DNA from: Candidatus Lokiarchaeum ossiferum
GTDB taxonomy: Archaea > Asgardarchaeota > Lokiarchaeia > Sigyniarchaeales > Promethearchaeaceae
Assembly: GCA_025839675.1 (NCBI GenBank)
Contig: CP104013.1
Span: 3,360,001-3,392,000 of the forward strand
Direction: 5' to 3'
DNA length: 32,000 nt
Below, one piece after another: positions 17,839 to 26,524 of the stretch; positions within the stretch are counted from its first letter, which is position 1; every line of letters begins with the position of its first letter. Under the pieces are notes generated by a model, which saw nothing but the letters and a program-made list of their open reading frames with translations, did not search any database and was not told where the DNA came from. A program made the position numbers and the translations under genes.

Positions 17839-18405
17839 ATGCAAATAATTACAGAATCGGGGTATCAAGAGGCTGCAAGTTCGTACGCTCATTTGTTTGA
17901 AATCAGCACCCCCTCTGCTATGATGATTGAAAAAGATCTTTCCTGGCTAGTACGGGATGCAGTACCTCAAGGAGGAACTTTAATGTTAGGAGATTTATTA
18001 GTCGTTAAACATGCATCTAAAGTGGTTGAAACGCATCCGTTTCCAGAATGGGTGATTCAGCTCCACCGTATTGGGAAAAAATCTGGAAAAGTGTATGCCA
18101 TTATACCTAAATTAACTCCAAAACAAATCAAGCGCTTCAACCGGAAGGATTCTTTCCGAAGGAAAGAAAAAACTATTGAATCTTTAACCGCTCTTTCCCC
18201 TGAAGATTTTCTTGCGATTGAATATCAAGAAGGAATATGCATTAAAATTCCAGCAAACGTTCCCCATGAATTCATAAGTGTGGTTGGCGAAGGGGAAGAT
18301 GTTCCCTATTGCCAAGTATTTGAGCCGAATTTTGCCCCCATGGCAGATTTAATGAAGTTTGATGTAACCAAATTCTATGATCTCGATTTTGAGTTGCATT
18401 TCTAA
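17839..18405 (+). CDS. Small hypothetical protein, possible cupin-like beta-barrel
   Basis: I prefer ATG 17839 over the listed TTG at 17815. It has weak cupin-like elements (ETHPFPEWVIQLHRIG; ICIKIPANVPHEF) separated by a basic loop (KQIKRFNRKDSFRRKEK). The function call is weak. Confidence 0.45.
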   Translation: MQIITESGYQEAASSYAHLFEISTPSAMMIEKDLSWLVRDAVPQGGTLMLGDLLVVKHASKVVETHPFPEWVIQLHRIGKKSGKVYAIIPKLTPKQIKRFNRKDSFRRKEKTIESLTALSPEDFLAIEYQEGICIKIPANVPHEFISVVGEGEDVPYCQVFEPNFAPMADLMKFDVTKFYDLDFELHF

Positions 18406-19286
18406 TTATTTTTTTCTTTGTTGAGAATCTTCTTTTCATAACGAGGAATTCGGAAGATAATATAATAAAACAAAGCATTGATGATATAAACCATTCCGAA
18501 AGCCCATAGTACATCACTTGCATGGTGAGCTCCCACTACAATTCTTCCAACACCAGTTAAAATTCCCAAGATGATACTAATTGTTAATCCCGCCCATTTA
18601 AACACCGAAAAAAGTTGAATTTTTGTTTCTTTCTTTCCTTTTTGAACAATTCTTGCCCAGAATTTCGGATGCATAAAAATGAAGAAGAAAATGACAAACA
18701 CTGCAACAACAGATACGTGACCTGAAGGGAAGGATTTTCCAGCATCAATTAACGAGGGATCCTTGAGGAATGCGGGTTCCCATACTGAATAAAAATCCCA
18801 CATCTCTGGATCTGTGCTATTTGGCCACAACATGGTTTGTCGAGGACGGGGCCGCCCGTAGAGATCTTTAAATATGACATTAACAAAGATCACCACACCT
18901 GTAAACGCGGAGAAGAACGCATAGCTCCCATAAATCAGCAGGTAACCTAATTTTTTGTAGTTAATCGCTCCAATAATAATCATTGGGATCAAAGTAACAT
19001 AAAGGAAGTATTCAAAGATATCATTATACTCATTCAGAAAATACCATGGTTGTACATTTTCTAAGTAAAAGCGTTCCCCTACCGGTAAACTCTCATCATA
19101 GAAAAGGTCGGTTATAGCTTTATCAATTTGTCCATCATTAAATTTTAAAATAATAGTGCCCACCAGAAGAATGATCCCAAAAAGTATAAAAAACCGATAT
19201 TTTCTCATCCAATTCTTTATGTTCTTCTTAATTGGTTCAGTTTCCAATTTTGCGTTTTCTGATTTTTCTGTTATTGCTCTCACCAA
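18402..19286 (-). CDS. PAP2-family lipid phosphate phosphatase (copy 2)
   Basis: 294 aa membrane protein with PAP2 motifs KDLYGRPRPR, SFPSGHV and GRIVVGAHHASDV. It starts 17 nt after the B' stop. Its 3' end overlaps the cupin-like gene by 4 nt. Confidence 0.8.
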   Translation of the reverse strand: MVRAITEKSENAKLETEPIKKNIKNWMRKYRFFILFGIILLVGTIILKFNDGQIDKAITDLFYDESLPVGERFYLENVQPWYFLNEYNDIFEYFLYVTLIPMIIIGAINYKKLGYLLIYGSYAFFSAFTGVVIFVNVIFKDLYGRPRPRQTMLWPNSTDPEMWDFYSVWEPAFLKDPSLIDAGKSFPSGHVSVVAVFVIFFFIFMHPKFWARIVQKGKKETKIQLFSVFKWAGLTISIILGILTGVGRIVVGAHHASDVLWAFGMVYIINALFYYIIFRIPRYEKKILNKEKNN

Positions 19287-19303
19287 GGATTTAATTTCTA
19301 TAA

Positions 19304-20782
19304 TTAAAAAATAGCAGTTATTAGTGTTAGTAAAACAATTATTGCAAACCCAAAAATTCGAAAAATACTTTCCTTTTTCAACGATGGAAGGAACAAGCTC
19401 TTTTTCAACGTGTGAAAATCCCCTACTGAAATGAATTTTGTAGTAGGGGGATATATTTGATATGAATCTTGAGAATTTCCATAATTAAAAACAAGGTAAT
19501 TTAGTGGAATTAACAGATAGATGAAACACCCACAAATAATTACACCCCACATAATCGTCGTAAGTATCAAATCCACCAGGATTAATCCATTGAATATATT
19601 GAGAAATCGCCAACTCCAAAGAAATTCAAGCGTTGACAAATAAACCAATAATCCCATTCCAAGGATATCAGTAAAGTTTACACTTCGGAATTGAGTTTTT
19701 CTCCATAGACCATTTTTTAGATCAATATCACAAAATCGGATGGATGTCCAATATCGACCATTTTTTACTCTATATTTAGATTTTTTCTGATGCTGATCAA
19801 TTGTCACTAGGGTTTCTTCGGAAAGATCGTTTTGGAAGGCTTGTAATAGAACGTAAGCTCCAAAAGTCAATCCAACCATGGAAAGATCGGTTCCCCATAA
19901 AAATTCCGCGGAAGTACCTATGATCGATGCGATTAAAACAATCATACTAAAAATGATTCGAAAATAATTTCGTTGCTTCCCTTGTTTGCCCCCTTTTGAA
20001 TCATTTTGATTGCGAAACACTTCCCACAAATTCTCTTCAGTTTCTGATGGATCAATATAGAGATCCAAAAGTTTGCAAACTTCTTCGGAGATTTCTTGAT
20101 TTTTTTTCATGGGGAAAAAATTTAAAATATATTTCTTCCATTCCGAATCGAAGGTTAACTGATGGTTTGGGTATAATAAGATGAAAATTGCCACCAGTAT
20201 ATCTATAAGTGCAGTAATTACCATCATGGTGGGGAGGATTTCATCTTGGGCGAGGGGTTCTCCGAACAGTGGAATTCCAAATTGCAAAATTCTTACTGCC
20301 ATCGGAATGAACAGAAGAATCCAGGTATGTTTAAACTTTAAACCAGTGTTAGTATATTTAATTTGGTTAATATCGGGGAGATTTATCTCAGAAAAAGTGG
20401 GAAACACGAGTTTTCTCTCTTGTATCTTGCATAAAGAACCGTTGTTGGCGATCTCAATTTTCTTCATAGAAAATAGGCAATATATAAGCATAAATATCCC
20501 CACAATAAGCGGAATTAATCCAACTGTATAGAAGAAAGAAACCCCTCCCAGAAAGACGGCAATTCCTTGCCCAATATATTCGCCTGTTGTAGGATGTTCA
20601 GGATGCCCAATTAAATTTCCAAGTAGGTTGTAATCTAATATTCCAACTATAAAAAGAGCAAGTCCTGCAAGCAAATAACTCCATGGAAGAGAGACAAAAT
20701 GAACTGTTTCTCCTTTCATCTCTTGCTTTTCATACGTAATGTGATTTTCCTTTAATTGAGGTATTGAAGGTTCGCGTTGCAT
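19304..20782 (-). CDS. Uncharacterised polytopic membrane protein, family B' (paralog of 11945-13816)
   Basis: 492 aa with many TM helices. It shares loop modules with B (IQERKLVFPTFSEINLPDINQIKYTNTGLKFKHTWILL; KKSKYRVKNGRYWTSIRF...VNFTDILGMGLL). The ATG lies 3 nt after the A' stop, with GGAGGGAT upstream. Confidence 0.65.
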   Translation of the reverse strand: MQREPSIPQLKENHITYEKQEMKGETVHFVSLPWSYLLAGLALFIVGILDYNLLGNLIGHPEHPTTGEYIGQGIAVFLGGVSFFYTVGLIPLIVGIFMLIYCLFSMKKIEIANNGSLCKIQERKLVFPTFSEINLPDINQIKYTNTGLKFKHTWILLFIPMAVRILQFGIPLFGEPLAQDEILPTMMVITALIDILVAIFILLYPNHQLTFDSEWKKYILNFFPMKKNQEISEEVCKLLDLYIDPSETEENLWEVFRNQNDSKGGKQGKQRNYFRIIFSMIVLIASIIGTSAEFLWGTDLSMVGLTFGAYVLLQAFQNDLSEETLVTIDQHQKKSKYRVKNGRYWTSIRFCDIDLKNGLWRKTQFRSVNFTDILGMGLLVYLSTLEFLWSWRFLNIFNGLILVDLILTTIMWGVIICGCFIYLLIPLNYLVFNYGNSQDSYQIYPPTTKFISVGDFHTLKKSLFLPSLKKESIFRIFGFAIIVLLTLITAIF

Positions 20783-20785
20783 GGT

Positions 20786-22372
20786 TTAATATCCCTCCAA
20801 GTATCCGTAATATTTCAGCATGTAATACGGGAGTGTATATGCCGCACCCGCATATTGTCTGATTGTGCTCGTAGTATTGAAAATGTTGACTCCATCTTCT
20901 TGGTATGGATTGCGATTCCATGAAGACGTAGTAGGATTCATCATTTCGATCGTGGCTGGTTTTAAATACCTCTCGCGAAATATTGCATCTTGTAACCCAT
21001 ACGTAAGCCACTGATACGTCGACCCAAAGGCGGTATTATCCACAAAATCCTTCCATTTTGCAATATTGGGATCAATGGTTGTCCAATCCCCCCCTAATTC
21101 ACTTCGGGCAATTGTTTGATTTCTTCCTCCGCATGTGGTATCTAAAGGAACCAAATTGAATTCATTGAATCGCCACAGTTGATCTAAGATATCCCATCGA
21201 ATATCATCTACTTTAAAAGATGCTTGTTTTTGAGATAAACTCGCTGCAGTAAGATAAACTGCATTTAAAAAGCCATTCCGATGTCCTCGATAGCTCGAAT
21301 AGGTTTTAGCTTGGAAATTTTGAAAATAGAGATCCACTAATCTTGGATCGTCTTCAACTAAAAATAAGCCCAAAACGACCATATTCTCGAAATATTGACT
21401 GTAATAATTGTCTATGTTGTCCATTTTATTTACAAACGGTGTCCGATTTACTTTTCGTTCTTTCACCAAGAAATATTGAAACAACTGCTCATATCTGACA
21501 TTTTCGGGATCTACTCGCATAGCCATCTTCGTGAGAAGCAATTTCCATTGAGAATAGCATGGAACCTGGAGATGAACTCCATTTGGTTTCCCATCGCCAG
21601 TCATTTCTTGCCAAAAACTACTTAAAAACCCTTCCATGGCTTGTAAAATGATCAATCTGGTTATTTCTTGCACTTCGGGCACATCCTGAACCAGCATCAA
21701 AGTGGCTGCAAGTCCCAAGAAATAGCCTCCTAATTCATCCTTACTCGTATAGAGACGAATTCTCCAGTCTGAATATTTCCCGGTGCCATTGAAGTGGCGA
21801 AATCCCTCATCAAAAATCCAAGTATAATTTCCATCAAAGCGTTGATCTGGGGAAGCATAAAAACGACCTATCGAAGTTCCCGGAAAATTTGGTCCCAAAC
21901 CTCCATTCGGAATTTCTATTAACAATCGTAGACCATAAAGCATTTTTTGCACTAATAAAAGCGCCTGGGCTTTTTCTTTCCCTTCAGGCAAAGAAGCATA
22001 ATCATAACACGCCGCCACCAGATTTTCAGAAGTGTGTAAAGCTCCATTATCGGTTCCATCATAGCTGATTATTTCCCCGGTAGATACATTTTTCACAAAT
22101 GATTGACTCAAATTCATCTTAAGGTGTTGTTCTTGGAATAATTCAAATTCGCGTCCAATATCTTCTAAGCGACTGAGATTGATAACACTTAATGGGTAAA
22201 AATCTACAGTTTCGGGAGGTGTTTCCATATAATCTGTTAAATCCGGTACTAATATACCCAAATAAAATGCAAAGTAAAATCCCCCAAAAATCAATGGGAT
22301 TAAAATCAGGGTGCTTTTCATAATTTTCCGCAGTTTATTCCACTTTTTATTTTGGATTTTCATTATCTTCAC
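20786..22372 (-). CDS. Uncharacterised signal-anchored extracytoplasmic protein, family A' (paralog of 10404-11942)
   Basis: 528 aa with an N-terminal anchor (STLILIPLIFGGFYFAFYLGILV). Shared blocks: TDNGALHTS, IEIPNGGLGPNFPG, RHFNGTGKYSDWRIRLYTSKDELGGYFLGLA, LLLTKMAMRVDPENV, NYYSQYF, HRNGFLN. Confidence 0.7.
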   Translation of the reverse strand: MKIMKIQNKKWNKLRKIMKSTLILIPLIFGGFYFAFYLGILVPDLTDYMETPPETVDFYPLSVINLSRLEDIGREFELFQEQHLKMNLSQSFVKNVSTGEIISYDGTDNGALHTSENLVAACYDYASLPEGKEKAQALLLVQKMLYGLRLLIEIPNGGLGPNFPGTSIGRFYASPDQRFDGNYTWIFDEGFRHFNGTGKYSDWRIRLYTSKDELGGYFLGLAATLMLVQDVPEVQEITRLIILQAMEGFLSSFWQEMTGDGKPNGVHLQVPCYSQWKLLLTKMAMRVDPENVRYEQLFQYFLVKERKVNRTPFVNKMDNIDNYYSQYFENMVVLGLFLVEDDPRLVDLYFQNFQAKTYSSYRGHRNGFLNAVYLTAASLSQKQASFKVDDIRWDILDQLWRFNEFNLVPLDTTCGGRNQTIARSELGGDWTTIDPNIAKWKDFVDNTAFGSTYQWLTYGLQDAIFRERYLKPATIEMMNPTTSSWNRNPYQEDGVNIFNTTSTIRQYAGAAYTLPYYMLKYYGYLEGY

Positions 22373-22640
22373 TTTGATTTTTCAACGGTTAAAGAGCAAG
22401 AACTCGTAGATCAAACTATGCACTTGAAAGATATAAATCTTCGATTTACCTAGGCTGAAAGCTCAGATATAAGTGAAAAATGGATAAACCCATCCTTTAT
22501 GAGTATGAACAAACCCAAACCATTTGAAATACAATTAGTAATATATTACGCTTTTAAATTGTGTGCACGAAAAGAATCAATTGAACCTAATGGATAAATC
22601 TTATTTCGGTGACACAACTGAAGGAAAAACAAGAAGAAAT

Positions 22641-23285
22641 CTAGAAATCTTTCCCAATTAAAATACCTTGAATTTGTCCATCCAGAATCTCGATTTTTGT
22701 ATCCATCATCCCTACGTTTGGCCAATCGTTTGTAAGTAAGTAATCAATCTCAAAATTGTCTAATATTGCGGGAATGCATTGGGTTAGAATCCCTCCATGA
22801 CTCACTACAACAACCGTTTGATGGGATGTGGTTAATACTGATCGTAACCCGGATTTCATACGATCTAGAAGAGTGTAATAGTTTTCGCCATCCAGAAATG
22901 ATAAATCTTTTTGACCTTGATTCCAACCATTCCACACTTCCATAAAAGAAGAATAAATCTCTTCAGAAGGGGGATGTTTTTCCAAATCTCCTACGTTTAG
23001 TTCACGAAATGATTCAACAACTTCAATCTGAGCATGAGTTGTATTACTGATCCAAGTTGCCGTCTCCCAAGCACGTTTTAAAGGAGAAGAAAAAATGAAA
23101 TCGATCTGCTTATCTTTCAACTTTTCCGCGATTTTTTTAGCTTGGAAAATTCCTTGTGGAGTTAACGATTTATCCACGATTTTGTATGAAAATTCGCCAG
23201 TAAGATTTACGTATGATTCTCCATGACGAACAAAAATAATTCTCATCATAATTTCATTTTCACCATTACATTCCTCATTTTTCAT
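22641..23285 (-). CDS. Histidine phosphatase superfamily protein (phosphoglycerate-mutase-like)
   Basis: Motifs seen: RIIFVRHGES (RHG), FSSPLKRAWETA and VVVSHGG. The true start may be the internal MM at about 23249 rather than 23285. Confidence 0.75.
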   Translation of the reverse strand: MKNEECNGENEIMMRIIFVRHGESYVNLTGEFSYKIVDKSLTPQGIFQAKKIAEKLKDKQIDFIFSSPLKRAWETATWISNTTHAQIEVVESFRELNVGDLEKHPPSEEIYSSFMEVWNGWNQGQKDLSFLDGENYYTLLDRMKSGLRSVLTTSHQTVVVVSHGGILTQCIPAILDNFEIDYLLTNDWPNVGMMDTKIEILDGQIQGILIGKDF

Positions 23286-23325
23286 TGAGCAAGTTTTAAT
23301 TATTAAGAATTAACCAGTGAATTCG

Positions 23326-23958
23326 TTACCATGAATTCCGATGAATGTGATTATCTAATTGTAATTCATGTTGAGAAGGAAGCTTTATCCCTTTTTTTGG
23401 ATAACCTAAAGCAAGAATACATGGAATTTCATACTCCTTTGGAACTCCTAATATTTCTTTTAGGACCGCGGAAGAATTAGGAATCCTCGTGACACCTTGA
23501 ATTCCTTCAGATGCAGCAGCTAATAGAATATTCTCGATGCATAGCCAAATTGATGCAAATTCATTTAGATCTGATAATTCTTTTGGCTCTAATAAATTGT
23601 GATCTTGAAAAAAACACGGAATAATTAATGCTCCGGCCGTTAAAATCATTTTTGCTTGAAGCGGAATGGCATGAAGAAACATTTCTACTTGAAATTCATC
23701 GATTAATCCCCAATCATCCACAAGTGCCCTTGCATTTTGCGATTTCAAAAGATTTTCTCCCCTTTCCCCCACAAGTCCTTTGCGAACTTCTTGATCAGAA
23801 ACAACAATAAAATGCCAATTGCGTAAGTGATCATTGGAAGGTGCTTTCATACCTGCTGAGATAATTTTCGTTATTATTTCATTACTTACATTCTTTTCCT
23901 CAAATTGCCTTACAGTTCTTCTCGAGTCAATTATAGAATAGATATCTGATTTCCTCAT
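23326..23958 (-). CDS. Nitroreductase-family flavoprotein
   Basis: RRTVRQFEEKNVS ... APSNDHLRNWHFIVVSD is typical of the nitroreductase fold. I prefer the ATG at 23958 (MRKSDIYSIIDSRRTVRQF) over the listed longer ORF that runs to 24042. Confidence 0.7.
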   Translation of the reverse strand: MRKSDIYSIIDSRRTVRQFEEKNVSNEIITKIISAGMKAPSNDHLRNWHFIVVSDQEVRKGLVGERGENLLKSQNARALVDDWGLIDEFQVEMFLHAIPLQAKMILTAGALIIPCFFQDHNLLEPKELSDLNEFASIWLCIENILLAAASEGIQGVTRIPNSSAVLKEILGVPKEYEIPCILALGYPKKGIKLPSQHELQLDNHIHRNSW

Positions 23959-24137
23959 TATGGTTCTATATAGAACTATTTCATATAAAAATTTTTTCAT
24001 TGGAGTTAAAAATCCATAATTATGGAAATAATTAAACCTCAAAAATATGTTCTTCCCTATTCTTTATAATCACATAAGCAACTCCAGGAAATTAACTTGA
24101 TAAAATATGCTTTCTAATTTCCTCAAAATGAAAAAGT

Positions 24138-24146
24138 AAAAAAAAA
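24138..24146 (-). terminator. Oligo-T tract (T9 on the minus strand) downstream of the por operon
   Basis: A9 on the plus strand at 24138-24146, which is T9 on the coding strand 19-27 nt after the porB stop. Confidence 0.4.
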
Positions 24147-24164
24147 TCATTAAATGTGTGCCAT

Positions 24165-25274
24165 TTAATATGGGGACAAATCCGAATTCATGATTTGATA
24201 CCCGGAACTACGTACAATCGCCGATTTCAAGAATTGATGCCCAATGTTCACTGTGGATCCATCTCCACCGAAATGAATGATGTAAGGCACGGTTTGCTTG
24301 ATCCCTTTGTTCTTCATGATCCGATACGCGGTTGAAGCGGCATCGGCACAGGTAGCTCCACTCTCGAAGAGTTGGTGCATCCAGGATGCTTGCCACGAAG
24401 AGACATCATCTTTGCTGGTTGCGACTTCTAAACAACACGTATTGTTGAAATAGAGAATGTCTTTTCCTGCCACCATATCGGCCGCTGATCCGACTTGATT
24501 AATGACCATCCCTGCACCGCAGCCCGGGCAAAGACCGTGGCCTGGATTTATATGATGTTGGTCTTTCACTTTCACCATTTGGACTGCATACCGCAAGACT
24601 TTGTCATCTCCGCCGAAAGCTTGCAAGAGCTTGTTCAGGTTGGTATTGCGAGCCTTGACTTGAGTCATGATTTCGTCAATATTTTTCTCTAAAAATTCGG
24701 GTTTCAAGAGATGGCGGAATTTACCTTGGGATTTGATGAGATCTAAGACCTTGTCTTCATCCGTGGCGATATATTCGCCGTTGGCTTCATCACCCTTGGC
24801 CATGCCAGGAGCCTTATTGTAATAGTAGGTAGGCGTGCCGTCCTTCACCTTCATAGTGATTAGAGGCCAGTAGCCCGATTCAGTGGCGAGTTTGGCCACC
24901 TTTAGGGTGTCTTTTCCAGCATGTCGCCATCCTCGAGGACATGGGGCGTAAATTTGGATAAAGGCTCCCCCCTCTGTTTTCATAGCATCCATTACTTTGC
25001 CCATTAAGTCCATCGGATAAGCAATGTTAGCTGTTGCGAAATAAGCACTTTTATGACCTAACATAGAAAAACCGGGAATGAAGTCTTCTTTAATACCTAT
25101 CTTACCTTTGACTTTTTCGCCACCAGGACCTGTGGTAGTGCTTGCTCCGAATGGTGTGGTGCCCGATTCTTGAATTCCGGTATTCATAAAGGCTTCATTG
25201 TCGTACGAAATGTATAGGACGGAATGACGTTCTTTCCGTGCTAAAATATCTTCCATTTTAATTGTTGTTGTCAT
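24165..25274 (-). CDS. porB: 2-oxoacid (pyruvate-type):ferredoxin oxidoreductase beta subunit (TPP-binding), with circularly permuted motif order
   Basis: I place the start at ATG 25274, with GGTGAT upstream, 13 nt after the porA stop; this gives 369 aa. It contains YDNEAFMNTGIQ, CPRGW, QGKFRHL, PGHGLCPGCG, NNTCC and GGDGS. All are PorB hallmarks, but the usual C-terminal half comes first. Confidence 0.8.
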   Translation of the reverse strand: MTTTIKMEDILARKERHSVLYISYDNEAFMNTGIQESGTTPFGASTTTGPGGEKVKGKIGIKEDFIPGFSMLGHKSAYFATANIAYPMDLMGKVMDAMKTEGGAFIQIYAPCPRGWRHAGKDTLKVAKLATESGYWPLITMKVKDGTPTYYYNKAPGMAKGDEANGEYIATDEDKVLDLIKSQGKFRHLLKPEFLEKNIDEIMTQVKARNTNLNKLLQAFGGDDKVLRYAVQMVKVKDQHHINPGHGLCPGCGAGMVINQVGSAADMVAGKDILYFNNTCCLEVATSKDDVSSWQASWMHQLFESGATCADAASTAYRIMKNKGIKQTVPYIIHFGGDGSTVNIGHQFLKSAIVRSSGYQIMNSDLSPY

Positions 25275-25287
25275 GATAATCACCTGC

Positions 25288-26511
25288 TTAAAAGCGAACC
25301 TCCCACATTTTGTCCTTAGTTTCGCGGACACCGAGATAATCGTAGAGGCGTCCTTTGTTATCAGAGACCTTTTCCATTTTCTTGGCGGCATATTCGATTT
25401 CATCCTTGGTTACATCACGTCCACCGAGTCCTACAATAAGAGAGCGAAGAACGACAGGAAGGCCAAAGAGGGCACTGGCAACGGATTTGCCTACTGGAGG
25501 TAAGATACCAGAGAGGTCATCGTCTTTTTCAAGAATAACAATTTTTTCAATGCCATGATCTTCCACGAGTTTACGGAGTTGGGCGGCAGGGAACGGTCGC
25601 CATGATCGGAGTTTGATCATACCAATACCGTGCTTTTCGAGACCCCAGCTCAAGATGTTACCACACATGGAACCCATAGTGAGAATAACGGTCTTGGAAG
25701 GGTTATCGAGGTTGTATTCTTCAATCAGATGATAAGAGCGTCCGGTCATCTTTTCAAAATCACGGAAAGCAGTTTCCATATGACCAAAGACTTCTTCCTT
25801 GGCTAAATCTTGACCTAATCGTCCTTCAGCAAAGTAATCAGGGGTGACAATGCCACCCCAAGTACCGGTGTTTTCAGGATTCAAGTGATGGCGTGGTTTT
25901 TTCGGAGTGTATTTTAACACATCGGCATCAGGAATGGCCATAAACTTTTGGGCGCTGTGGGAAATAATAAATCCATCGTGCACAAATTGGGTTGGGAAGA
26001 GGGAATCTTCACTAATACGGGAAGCAATAATGGAAGAGTCATAGGTTTCCTGCACGTTTTCGGACACAATAACATTCCAGCCCATATCAATAAGGGTGAA
26101 TTCCCATGAGTTCCAAATGGACAAGTTGGGAGAGTTAAAAGCACGAGCTGAGATTAACATAGTTAAGGGTACTCGCCATCCAACAGCCATGGGTAGACAT
26201 TCGGTCATTAATAATAATCCTTGGGATGCAGTGGCCGAAAAAGTTCTAGCCCCTGCAGCACAAGCAGCAGTGCTGAATGCACATGCGGCTAATTCAGATT
26301 CAACGTTAACGAAAGCAGCTTTTAATTTTCCATGGTTAACAACATCGGAAAGACCTTCAACGGATTGAGTTTGGGGTGTAATGGGGAAGGCGCAAAGCAC
26401 GTCTGGGTCTGTTTGAGCAACACCACCCGCAACGGCATAATTTCCTGTCATAGTTAATTGAACAGGTTCTTTAATTTCCTTAAAGAAAGGATTCATTGGT
26501 TGTACTGACAT
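25288..26511 (-). CDS. porA: 2-oxoacid:ferredoxin oxidoreductase alpha subunit
   Basis: 407 aa. Motifs seen: MTGNYAVAGG, FPITPQTQSVE, VESELAACAFSTAACAAGARTFSATASQGLLLM and DGFIISH. Substrate (pyruvate versus other 2-oxoacids) cannot be assigned from sequence alone. Confidence 0.85.
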   Translation of the reverse strand: MSVQPMNPFFKEIKEPVQLTMTGNYAVAGGVAQTDPDVLCAFPITPQTQSVEGLSDVVNHGKLKAAFVNVESELAACAFSTAACAAGARTFSATASQGLLLMTECLPMAVGWRVPLTMLISARAFNSPNLSIWNSWEFTLIDMGWNVIVSENVQETYDSSIIASRISEDSLFPTQFVHDGFIISHSAQKFMAIPDADVLKYTPKKPRHHLNPENTGTWGGIVTPDYFAEGRLGQDLAKEEVFGHMETAFRDFEKMTGRSYHLIEEYNLDNPSKTVILTMGSMCGNILSWGLEKHGIGMIKLRSWRPFPAAQLRKLVEDHGIEKIVILEKDDDLSGILPPVGKSVASALFGLPVVLRSLIVGLGGRDVTKDEIEYAAKKMEKVSDNKGRLYDYLGVRETKDKMWEVRF

Positions 26512-26524
26512 TATATCCTACCTC

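Noticed and set aside
25275-25403. 5' extension of the listed 412-aa ORF (MKSNMPPRKWKRS...) upstream of the porB start
   Set aside because: It lies entirely inside the 3' end of porA in another frame. ATG 25274 has a GGTGAT ribosome-binding motif and sits 13 nt after the porA stop, so the extension is an ORF-caller artefact.
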